A stretch of DNA of 63,565 bases, the filler included, from Deltaproteobacteria bacterium (GTDB lineage: Bacteria; CG2-30-53-67), in assembly GCA_013151235.1 (NCBI GenBank). It is 2 parts of 2 records of this genome, joined end to end, with 100 filler letters (N's around TTAATTAATTAA, not from the genome) between each part and the next. Parts side by side here need not be neighbours in the genome. Positions count along the whole stretch, not along the records: positions 1 to 31,712 come from JAADIO010000004.1; positions 31,813 to 63,565 come from JAADIO010000052.1. One strand, given 5' to 3'. Position numbers and translations under genes: made by a program. Below the pieces are notes generated by a model. It did no database searches. It worked only from the letters and a program-made list of their open reading frames with translations, and had not been told where the DNA came from. Within the stretch, counting starts at the first letter, position 1. Every line of letters starts with the position of its first letter. Positions 31,029 through 39,776 of the stretch are shown in pieces.

Positions 31029-31239
31029 TCGAACGACTGGTTCGCGCCGTAATTTCAGTCAAATCATTTAAAAAACCTTCAAATGCTAGTGCTGATAAAA
31101 CAACACTGGTTAATGGATCTTTTTTATATTTTCTACAATTTACAGCGCATTTTTTAGCTTCGTCGAATAAATGTAAACTATAGAACCCGACCGCTTCTTT
31201 TTCAAATTGTTTAATTTTATTATTTCTTTTTAATCGCAT
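31006..31239 (-). pseudogene. Short, probably truncated cassette ORF
   Basis: AT-rich ORF MRLKRNNK...; its ATG overlaps R' of attC1 and it reads into attC2. Confidence 0.5.
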
Positions 31240-31377
31240 ATAACGCCTGCGTGAGTGATGCAAACNNNNNNNNNNNNNNNNNNNNNNNNNNNNNNNNNNN
31301 NNNNNNNNNNNNNNNNNNNNNNNTGCAACCCTAAAAAGTCACCGCTGGTCTGCATTCACTCCACGCTGTTGTTAGGT
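31238..31377 (-). mobile_element. Integron attC site 1 (spans N gap)
   Basis: R'' ACCTAAC, 5 nt, CGTGGAGTGAATGCAGAC ... GTTTGCATCACTCACG, 5 nt, R' GTTATAT; begins just after a stop codon. Confidence 0.8.
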
Positions 31378-31379
31378 TT

Positions 31380-31712
31380 TTATAGTTCAGATTTTGATGA
31401 TTCCATTAACGTTTTTTTAATATGTTCTTTGACCGTGATCAAAAGATTACCATAGTCCATGAATACATCTCTTCCGGTATCCTCACCTAACCTTCGACAT
31501 GTCACAAATACGTCATATGATACCCCGAGTTTTGAGTCTTGCAATGTAAAGCCTGATTCTTGAGGAAATGAGTCTTCAATGACTACTTGTAAATTATGGT
31601 TTTCCTCAGCATATTCACCTACCATTAGTAAAATCGGAAATCTCCCTAGCCACTCTCTACCATCAGCGACATGTTGCTTATATCTTTCTGTAGCCTTATC
31701 ATTAGCTATAAT
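31380..31712 (-). CDS. Partial cassette gene, unknown function
   Basis: Open AT-rich frame from the gap to TAA at 31380. Confidence 0.6.
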   Translation of the reverse strand: MIANDKATERYKQHVADGREWLGRFPILLMVGEYAEENHNLQVVIEDSFPQESGFTLQDSKLGVSYDVFVTCRRLGEDTGRDVFMDYGNLLITVKEHIKKTLMESSKSEL

Positions 31713-31812
31713 NNNNNNNNNNNNNNNNNNNNNNNNNNNNNNNNNNNNNNNNNNNNTTAATTAATTAANNNNNNNNNNNNNNNNNNNNNNNNNNNNNNNN
31801 NNNNNNNNNNNN
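31713..31812. other. Artificial contig linker
   Basis: Exactly 100 bp: N44-TTAATTAATTAA-N44, which gives stops in all six frames. Confidence 0.9.
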
Positions 31813-33665
31813 CCAGGGTGCCGCCGCCGTTGGTGAGGTCCCCGTTGAAGGTATTCACCGAGAGGCGTCCGCCGGTGAAGTCAAAGGTGCCGCCGGGATG
31901 TACCTGGATTGTCGCCGCCGAAAGATTCCCTCCTTGCAACTGGTAGGTACCCGTTGCCCCAGGATATTTAGCGAGGGTGAGGATATACGTCACCGTGTTC
32001 GACCCGCCGGTCTGGGTAAAGGCGCCCGTGCCGGAGTGGCCGATGTTCTCTACATTGGCGTTGAGGCTGCCGGTGCCGGAGAGGTCGTAGGTACCGCTGC
32101 CGCCGGAGTTAAAGCCGAGGTAGAGGTTGTTCGTAACCGCATTCGTCCCACCCGTCTGAGTGAAGGCGCCCATACCGTAGTCGCCGATAAACTCGTAATT
32201 GGCACTGAGGCTGCCAGTACTCAAGTCGTAGGTACCGCTCGCTCCGGAGTAAGAACCGAGATATAGGCGATTCGTGACTTGATTCATCCCGCCGGACTGG
32301 GTGAAGCCGCCCGTGCCGCCATAGTCGCCGATGTACTCGTAATCTGCCGCAAGGCTGCCGGTGCCGGAGAGGTTGTAGGTACCTTTCCCGCCGGTGTTGT
32401 AGCCGAGGAAAAGAATCGAGACCTGAGTTGTCCCACCGCTCTGGGTGAAGGCGCCCGTGCCATGCCAGCCGATGTACTCGTAATCGGCGCTGAGGCTGCC
32501 GGTGCCGGAGAGGTCGTAGGTGCCGCTCCCGCCGGAGTTGTAGCCGAGGAAAAGACTCGAGACCTGAGTTGTCCCGCCGCTCTGGTCGTAGATGCCACTG
32601 CCGCCAGAGTTGCTGCCAATGTAGAGGGCATTCGTTACGGTGTTTTTTCCGCTGGACTGGGTGAAGGCGCCCGTGCCGTAGAAGCCGATGTACTCGTTAT
32701 TGGTGCTGAGGCTCCCCGTGCCCGAGAGGGTATGGCTGCCGCTGGTCCCCGTTGCCGAGCCGAGGTACAAACTATCCACATCGATGCTGCCGTTGCCGCC
32801 GCCTACGGTGAGCGTGCCGCCGTTGATGTTGAGCGTGCCGGTACCTGCGCCATTGACGATGTTGCCGGTTACGTTGAGTGTGCCGCCGGAGAGGGTGTAG
32901 GCGCCATTCACGCCGGAGTAGTGACCGATGTAGAGGTTGTTCGTAACTGCATTCGTCCCTCCGGACTGGGTGAAGATACCCGTGCCGTAGTGGCCACTCG
33001 TCATCGGCGCTGAGGCTGCCGGTACCGCTCAGGTTGTAGGTGCCGCTCCCACTGAAGTAGTAGCCGATGTAGAGGTTGTTCGTAACTGCATTTGTCCCAC
33101 TGCTCTGGGTGAAGGTACCCGTGCCGTAGTGGCCGATGTACTCGTTATCGGCGCTGAGGCTGCCGGTACCGCTCAGGTCGTAGGTGCCGCTCCCGCCGGA
33201 GTAGTAGCCGAGGTAGAGGTTATTTGTGACATCATTCGTTCCCAAAGACTGGACATAGTTCCCCGTATTGCTGGTACCAATGGACTCGGTGTCCGCGTGG
33301 AGGGGGTGGCTGTATCCGTCGTATCCCTGGTTCAGCGTGATCGTTCCTGTTCCGGTGGCGTTGATCCAGAGGGAACCGAGGACGTCCGCAGGATGGAGGG
33401 TGTTGTAGTAGTAGACTGCCCGGTTAGTTGCGTCGGACTGGATGAGATTGACGTTATCCCCGGCCACTGGCTGCCCTGCTCCGCCAGCACCGCCCGGGGT
33501 CAGGCCCCAGTTGGAGCTGAAGTCCCACCGATTGCTGCCCCCGACCCAGTATTTACTGGCTGCCCCGGCGGGGAGGGCGACGAGGAGGAGCAACACGAGG
33601 ATGATCAGGGAGGGTAAGTAGTTGATAATCAAGAACAATCGGTTTTTTCTGTGGTGGTTCATCAC
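31813..33665 (-). pseudogene. Secreted Gly/Thr-rich beta-repeat surface protein, frameshifted; 3' end lost in gap
   Basis: Signal peptide; ~48-aa repeats like GTGAFTQSGGTNAVTNNLYLGYxSGGSGTYDLSGTGSLSAxxEYIG; 5-nt deletion at 32995/32996. Confidence 0.8.
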
Positions 33666-33943
33666 GGTTTCCCCTTTGACGGAACGGAAATGAACAATTA
33701 TTGTAGAAACAAATTCACCTGTACTGTTTCAGTAACATGAGAAGCTAAAAAGTCGCGAAAAAAATTCAATAATACAAGAACTTTGGGGACGTTGTTTATT
33801 TGTTCATTTCGTCAGGTTTTTCAGGATATACGGATACTTGCGAATAACGGCCTCCACTCGCCGCACAGAAACCTCCTGGGGGTCAGACTTTTATAATTTT
33901 ATATTTGGTGGGATTAAGGGGACGTTGTGAAAGCGCCGCACAG

Positions 33944-36112
33944 CTACACCGACCCTATTTTTGGAGCTTCTGCCCGGGTCTGGCCGTTCTTCATCGAAAG
34001 GGATATCCGTTTCCGTTGCAGGTCTACCTCGAGTACTGTAACAGTAACCTTCTGATAAACCTTCACCACGTCTCCGGGGTTTTTTACAAATCTGTCAGAG
34101 AGCTGGCTTATATGCACCAGTCCGTCCTGGTGGACGCCTATATCCACGAAGGCCCCGAAAGCAGTGATATTGGTGACGATGCCGGGGAGCTTCATTCCGG
34201 GCTTCACGTCATCGATCTTTTCGACCCCCTCGGCAAACGCGAAAGACTCGAACTCTTCCCGGGGGTCCCGTCCCGGCTTGGCTAGTTCGTCCATAATGTC
34301 GTTCAGAGTTGGCAGGCCCACTCTGTCCGTTACATATCTTGCAAGATCGATGTTTTTTCTGGGGCCGTCCTCTTTCATCAGGTCAACGACTGTACATCCG
34401 CTATCCCGGGCCATGGCGTCGACGATGTGATAGCTTTCGGGGTGGACCGCGGACCCGTCAAGGATATTTTCACCGTTTTGTATACGGAGAAACCCTGCCG
34501 CCTGCTCAAAAGCCTTGGGTCCGAGGCGGGGAACCTTTTTGAGTCCCTTCCGTGATCTGAAGGGACCGTATTCGTCCCTGTATGCGACAATACTCTTTGC
34601 AAGCTGTGGCCCCAGCCCTGAAACGTAGGTGAGGAGTTGACTGCTCGCTGTATTCACCTCGACACCCACTCCATTCACACAGCTGCTGACAACGTCATCA
34701 AGGCTTTTTTTCAACGCGGTTTGGTTCACATCATGCTGGTATTGACCCACCCCAATGGACTTGGGATCTATCTTCACCAGCTCGGCAAGGGGATCCATGA
34801 GTCGTCGTCCGATCGATACTGAACCTCGAACGGTCAAATCATATTCGGGAAATTCCTCCCGCGCTGCCTCTGATGCAGAATAGATGGATGCTCCGCTCTC
34901 GTTCACCATCACAACAATGATTTCACCTGGAAGGCCGAGGCCCCTGATAAATGACTCTGTTTCCCTGCCTGCAGTGCCATTCCCTATGGCTATGGACTCG
35001 ATCCCGAAACGGCCACAGAGGTCTTTGATTTTCCCGGCAGCCTCGGAAGCCCCCTGATTAGAAAAGTGAGGAAAGATCGTATCGTTATGGAGTAGCTTCC
35101 CCTGGCGGTCAAGACAGACCACCTTGCACCCTGTCCTGAATCCCGGGTCGATGGCGAGTACGTTTTTGCGGCCCAAAGGTGGGGAAAGCAGAAGCTGCCT
35201 CAAGTTTTCGACAAAGACATGTATCGCCTCCTCATCGGCCCGCTTTTTTACGGCAAGTCGTATTTCGCCCTCCATGGATGAAGAGAGCAGCCGTTTGTAA
35301 CTGTCCTGGACAGCAATGCGTACCTGTTCAGATGCCGGACCACTCCCTTTGACAAACAGTGGTTCAAGCAGAGAGAGCGCTTCATTTTCGGACGGCGCTA
35401 TGCGGAGGATCAGGAATCCCTCGTTCTCCCCGCGTCGAATGGCCAGGACCCTATGTGAGGGGGCCTTGGAAACAGGCTCCTCCCAATCATAATAGTCTTT
35501 GTACTTTATCCCTTCTTCTTTTTTCCCGGTGATAACCTTGGAGCGCATGATGGCTTTGGTTGAATAGAGTTCACGCATCTTTTCCCGTGCCCACTGGTTC
35601 TCGCTCACCCATTCGGCGATAATGTCTCGGGCTCCTGCAAGGGCTTCATCCACGGACGCAATTCCTTTTTCCGTATTGATGAATGCAAAGGCTTCAGCTT
35701 CCGGGTTTATTTCACCCTGTTCGTATAATTTTGAGGATAGAGGCTCCAGCCCTTTCTCCTTGGCCACCGTAGCACGCGTGCGGCGTTTGGGGCGGAAGGG
35801 AAGATAGATATCCTCAAGGATGGTGATGGATTCAGCGTCTTGGATCTTCTTCTTCAATTCCTCTGTAAGTAAGTCCCGCTCTTCCAGGGACTTGACAATA
35901 GCGTCACGCCGTTTGTCCAGTTCTATCAGCCTTTCGATCCTGTCCCTTATCGCTGCGATCGAAACTTCGTCAAGGCTTTCGGTGGCCTCCTTCCTATACC
36001 GGGCGATGAAGGGGATCGACGCACCAGTATCAAGCAGGGCCACAGTTGACTTGACCTGCGAAGGCTTGATCGCAAGTTCTTTTGCGATTGTCTGAATATG
36101 CAATTCGTTCAT
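33944..36112 (-). CDS. tex: Tex-family RNA-binding transcriptional accessory protein
   Basis: PFIARYRKEAT, DPGFRTGCK, IGVGQYQHD, C-terminal S1 domain. Confidence 0.95.
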   Translation of the reverse strand: MNELHIQTIAKELAIKPSQVKSTVALLDTGASIPFIARYRKEATESLDEVSIAAIRDRIERLIELDKRRDAIVKSLEERDLLTEELKKKIQDAESITILEDIYLPFRPKRRTRATVAKEKGLEPLSSKLYEQGEINPEAEAFAFINTEKGIASVDEALAGARDIIAEWVSENQWAREKMRELYSTKAIMRSKVITGKKEEGIKYKDYYDWEEPVSKAPSHRVLAIRRGENEGFLILRIAPSENEALSLLEPLFVKGSGPASEQVRIAVQDSYKRLLSSSMEGEIRLAVKKRADEEAIHVFVENLRQLLLSPPLGRKNVLAIDPGFRTGCKVVCLDRQGKLLHNDTIFPHFSNQGASEAAGKIKDLCGRFGIESIAIGNGTAGRETESFIRGLGLPGEIIVVMVNESGASIYSASEAAREEFPEYDLTVRGSVSIGRRLMDPLAELVKIDPKSIGVGQYQHDVNQTALKKSLDDVVSSCVNGVGVEVNTASSQLLTYVSGLGPQLAKSIVAYRDEYGPFRSRKGLKKVPRLGPKAFEQAAGFLRIQNGENILDGSAVHPESYHIVDAMARDSGCTVVDLMKEDGPRKNIDLARYVTDRVGLPTLNDIMDELAKPGRDPREEFESFAFAEGVEKIDDVKPGMKLPGIVTNITAFGAFVDIGVHQDGLVHISQLSDRFVKNPGDVVKVYQKVTVTVLEVDLQRKRISLSMKNGQTRAEAPKIGSV

Positions 36113-36197
36113 GATTTCCTTGGGATCATCTGTCTACTTCCTGCCGCGTTTTATGATAGGGGAAGTGTTGTAATCATGCAACAAATAAACCTTATGC

Positions 36198-36479
36198 GTG
36201 CGGTGGATAGAGGGTGGAATAAACAAGTCGAAGATATTCATCGACGAAGAGTGCAAGAATACAGGGGGCAGCGCAATGGAAGTCAAGAACGGTGCGCGCC
36301 GGAGAGCGGTGTGCCGATTACGGGCTGTCATAGCCTCACGGAGTCGGATGGAACTGGGTTTGTCATCCGCTGAGATCGCCCGTCACCTTGGAGTGGCGAT
36401 CTCCAGCATTTCGCGGTCGATCCAGAGGATTGAAGATCAGTGATCGCCATAGCAATGTACGTCCGGTAACAACGTCCCC
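36198..36479 (+). pseudogene. C-terminal HTH remnant of a Y1/RAYT-like transposase with end motif
   Basis: R..IA....ELGLSSAEIARHLGVAISSISRSI, followed by AACAACGTCCCC; no HUH domain present. Confidence 0.55.
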
Positions 36480-36498
36480 AAAATCGTCGTTAAACCGG

Positions 36499-36828
36499 CT
36501 ACTCTCGTTTGATAATGATTGTTTCAGCCATGTCGGTATCCACTGCATACTGGCTGTAACCGACCGAGAAGACAAAGGATGGAAAATCGGCGTTCAATTC
36601 AATGGGATTGCCGGGAAGCACACCCATGACCATCAGCTTTCGCAGTTTCTTTGAGTCGCCCGCTTTGATATAGGCGATGGTCCCCGTCTCCCCCGGCTTC
36701 AGGTGGGTCAGTGGAGTGATAAACTTCTTGTCGATGGCATTTCCATTGACTTTCTCCGACCTGGATTCTTCTTCCAGATGTTCCCACAACTTTCCCTGGG
36801 TTTCTTCAATCTGATCACGGTTATGCAT
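36499..36828 (-). CDS. feoA: FeoA-domain protein
   Basis: PLTHLKPGETGTIAYI..KLMVMGVLPG. Confidence 0.8.
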   Translation of the reverse strand: MHNRDQIEETQGKLWEHLEEESRSEKVNGNAIDKKFITPLTHLKPGETGTIAYIKAGDSKKLRKLMVMGVLPGNPIELNADFPSFVFSVGYSQYAVDTDMAETIIIKRE

Positions 36829-37012
36829 GGGTGTTACTCCTCTGTTTTTTGATAAAATGTATGATTCTTTGGACAAAGTCCAGTTCCCGGGGGGACTCGT
36901 ATCCGCAGTAAGGACACTTGACCCTCTGACAGCCGCCGAAGGATGCGCAGGTCCGGCACTCTTTCCTGGAACGCTCAGCGGAAAACTCCTTTCGACAGAA
37001 TGGACAGATCAC
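36821..37012 (-). CDS. Small Cys-rich protein (63 aa) coupled to feoB2
   Basis: GTG overlaps the feoB TGA; CPFC...CRTC...GGC..VKCPYCGYE. Confidence 0.7.
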   Translation of the reverse strand: MICPFCRKEFSAERSRKECRTCASFGGCQRVKCPYCGYESPRELDFVQRIIHFIKKQRSNTHA

Positions 37013-39000
37013 AACTGGACTCCTGTAAAGTTCAGCATGGCGTTCACCAGGCCGCCGACCGCAAAGGCGAAGGGGAAGATAAAAAGGGCCATGGCGCCGG
37101 CTACCTTGAGCCCGCGTTCTTTCTTCATGATCAGAAACTGGGCAATACAGGGAACGAACAGGGTCAGGGTGATGACCGCCACAGCCAATTGGTTGCCGCT
37201 GAGTGTTCCAGCCTGTTGCAGGTCGTAAAGGCCGGCGGCACCGTAATCCCGGCGGAAAAAGCCGAACAGGAAGGATACCGCCGCTTCTTCGGGAAGGCCG
37301 ATCCAGGCCATCACATGTGCCAGCCAGGAGACGATGACGTCGAAGGTCCCGGTAATTTTCCCCAGCCAGATCAGGAGGCTGGCCAGAATGAACAACGGCA
37401 GGATTTCGATGAAATACCACTGCATGCGGGTGTAGGTCTTCATGAAGACGGCACCCGGGCGGGGCATGCGCAGAGGGGGGACTTCCATGTAGAAATTCGG
37501 CCGGTCGCCGGGCATCAGCCGTGCGGTAAGAAAGCCGATGAATAGAAAAATGCCCAGCATGAATACCGCCCAGACCGCCATAACGGCCGGTTCTTCCGCC
37601 ATCATGCTGAGGATGACCCCGAGCTGGGCGCTGCAGGGGATCGCCAGGGCCAGCAGCAAGGTGGCAATGATTCGCTCCCGCTTGGTTTCCAGGGTGCGGG
37701 TGACCATGGTGGCCATGGTATCACAGCCGAAACCGAGAGTCATGGGAATCACCGCCCGTCCGTTGAGGCCGATTTTCTTGAAAATCCGGTCGACCAGCAG
37801 TGCCAGTCGGGGTAGATAACCGGTGTCCTCGATGATCGAAAAGGCGATGAAGAAGGTGCCGACGATCGGTAGAATGATGGCGATGGCATAGCGGATCCCC
37901 AGGGTGATGATGCCATAGTCCATGCCGACAAGATCCCGGATTGGTTGCCAGGGGACGTAGGCCGTGAGGACGTTGTTGATCCAGGGATTGATCTGTTTCC
38001 CGAACAGGCCGCCCTCAAGAAAATCCACGACGGTGCCGGCGCCGAACTTACCGACGAACTTGTAGAGTCCGAAGTAGAGGACGAAAAGCAGGATGGGAAC
38101 CCCCGTCAGGGGCCGCATGGTCCAGCCACCCAGACGGTTGGCGAAGGTTTTTCCCTTTGCGGCCGGCGGCGCAAACGCTTCTTCGCAGATCCTGGTTGCA
38201 CGCTTGTGAAGCATCATGGGTACCGTGTAACCGGCGGGCTCATCCGGCTTCTCTTCCAGTTCCTCCAGGGTGGCATTGAGAAGGTCGATTGATGGACCCT
38301 CGGCCCGCGCCTCTCCGGTAATAAACTCATCCCCCTGGATCAACAGCAGGGCAAGCGCCCGCTGTGACAGACCTCGACCCGTCGGCATGATCCGTGTAAG
38401 GGTCTTTATCGCTCCGTCAATGGCCTTGCCGTAATGGATCTCCGGGGTTTCCCCAGAGTGACGGCGGGAGACGATTTTCTTTTTCAGGGTATCGACCCCT
38501 TCCCCGGAAAGTGCCGATACGGACACCACCGGGACACCCAGCTTCTTTTCCAGAAGCGTCGTGTCGATGCGGATTCCCAGGCGGTCCGCTTCGTCGATCA
38601 TGTTGAGGACCAGTATGACCGGAAGGCCGGACTCGATGAATTGCAAGGTGAGAGAGAGCATACGCTTCAGGTTCTTGGCGTCGATGACATGCAAGACCAC
38701 ATCGAACTTCCCGGCGAGAAGGATGTCACGGCTGACGCGCTCCTCTTCGGTGATCGGCAACAGGGAGTACATCCCCGGGGTATCCTCGATGGTGAACTCC
38801 TCGTCACCGATCCGGCATTTCCCTCGGGCAACCTCCACCGTCGTTCCGGGATAGTTGGAGACAATGACGTAAGAGCCGGTCAGCCGGTTGAAGAGGGCGC
38901 TCTTGCCTACATTGGGGTTCCCGACCATAACAATTTTCTTGAGCCCGCTCACTTCGCTGGATTGGCCGCCATGGCAGCCGCAACTACTTTTCCGCTTCAT
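37009..39000 (-). CDS. feoB: Ferrous iron transporter B (copy 2)
   Basis: GNPNVGKS, NYPGTT, DTPG, EDTGYLPR, PCSAQ. Confidence 0.93.
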   Translation of the reverse strand: MKRKSSCGCHGGQSSEVSGLKKIVMVGNPNVGKSALFNRLTGSYVIVSNYPGTTVEVARGKCRIGDEEFTIEDTPGMYSLLPITEEERVSRDILLAGKFDVVLHVIDAKNLKRMLSLTLQFIESGLPVILVLNMIDEADRLGIRIDTTLLEKKLGVPVVSVSALSGEGVDTLKKKIVSRRHSGETPEIHYGKAIDGAIKTLTRIMPTGRGLSQRALALLLIQGDEFITGEARAEGPSIDLLNATLEELEEKPDEPAGYTVPMMLHKRATRICEEAFAPPAAKGKTFANRLGGWTMRPLTGVPILLFVLYFGLYKFVGKFGAGTVVDFLEGGLFGKQINPWINNVLTAYVPWQPIRDLVGMDYGIITLGIRYAIAIILPIVGTFFIAFSIIEDTGYLPRLALLVDRIFKKIGLNGRAVIPMTLGFGCDTMATMVTRTLETKRERIIATLLLALAIPCSAQLGVILSMMAEEPAVMAVWAVFMLGIFLFIGFLTARLMPGDRPNFYMEVPPLRMPRPGAVFMKTYTRMQWYFIEILPLFILASLLIWLGKITGTFDVIVSWLAHVMAWIGLPEEAAVSFLFGFFRRDYGAAGLYDLQQAGTLSGNQLAVAVITLTLFVPCIAQFLIMKKERGLKVAGAMALFIFPFAFAVGGLVNAMLNFTGVQL

Positions 39001-39027
39001 TTCCAAACCTCCGTTCGATTTTGTTTA

Positions 39028-39057
39028 TATCTGAACATGTGCGGATATGTTCAGATA
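39028..39057. promoter_or_regulatory. Inverted repeat upstream of feoB2 (putative operator)
   Basis: TATCTGAACAT-N8-ATGTTCAGATA. Confidence 0.5.
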
Positions 39058-39073
39058 AGTTGGCAAAAAAAAT

Positions 39074-39430
39074 TCACCCGGCCTCCACATGCCGGATCCC
39101 TTCTTCAAACAGAGTGCGCACATGATCGTCGTCGAGTGAGTAATAGACCATTTTGCCGTCCTTTCTCGATTTGACCAGCCGGGCGGAACGCAGAATACGC
39201 AGTTGATGAGAAATCGCTGATTGGGTTGCGTTGACCACGGCGGCAATGTCACAGACGCAGAGTTCTTCTTCGGAGATTGCGTGTAGAATTCTCACCCGGG
39301 TCGGTTCGGCCAGAACTTTGAAGATCTCGGCCAGGTCGACGATGGTTCGATCATCGTTCATCCGGGCCCTGGCTCTCTCCACCCGTTCTTTATCTACATA
39401 GTAGATCTGACAAATATCGTTTGCCGTCAT
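39074..39430 (-). CDS. ArsR/SmtB metalloregulator
   Basis: ELCVCDIA, SAISHQLRILR, YYSLDDDHV. Confidence 0.93.
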   Translation of the reverse strand: MTANDICQIYYVDKERVERARARMNDDRTIVDLAEIFKVLAEPTRVRILHAISEEELCVCDIAAVVNATQSAISHQLRILRSARLVKSRKDGKMVYYSLDDDHVRTLFEEGIRHVEAG

Positions 39431-39440
39431 ATCTGCTCGT

Positions 39441-39456
39441 ATGAATAGTCGTTCAT
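39441..39456. promoter_or_regulatory. SmtB/CadC-type operator
   Basis: ATGAA-TAGTCG-TTCAT just upstream of the arsR start. Confidence 0.6.
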
Positions 39457-39776
39457 GCGTTGTGGACAATTTACGTTGTTTTGATGTTCATGTCAAGAAG
39501 AATCTGAACAGAAGTTCCCCCAAAAACATCCACCCTCCAGGTCTCAATTGTTGAAAAGAAGAAGGACACTTGTTGTGCAACGTGTCCGGGGGGGGAGGGG
39601 CAAGATTCGGGGAAGTCCTGGAATCTGGATTTAAGATTCAAATTGTTGCCGCAAGGCTCTCAACCGGGACGTAAAATTTATTCGTTCTTTTTGACGGCTG
39701 CCGTCCGGAAAATCGGTTGATTTGACAAATGCTTGCCGGTGTGGTTTGTTTTAAAAAAACATAGAGGAGGAAGATC

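Noticed and set aside
31813-33300. Diversity-generating retroelement template/variable repeat pair
   Set aside because: These are coding tandem repeats; no reverse transcriptase is present and no adenine-specific pattern is evident
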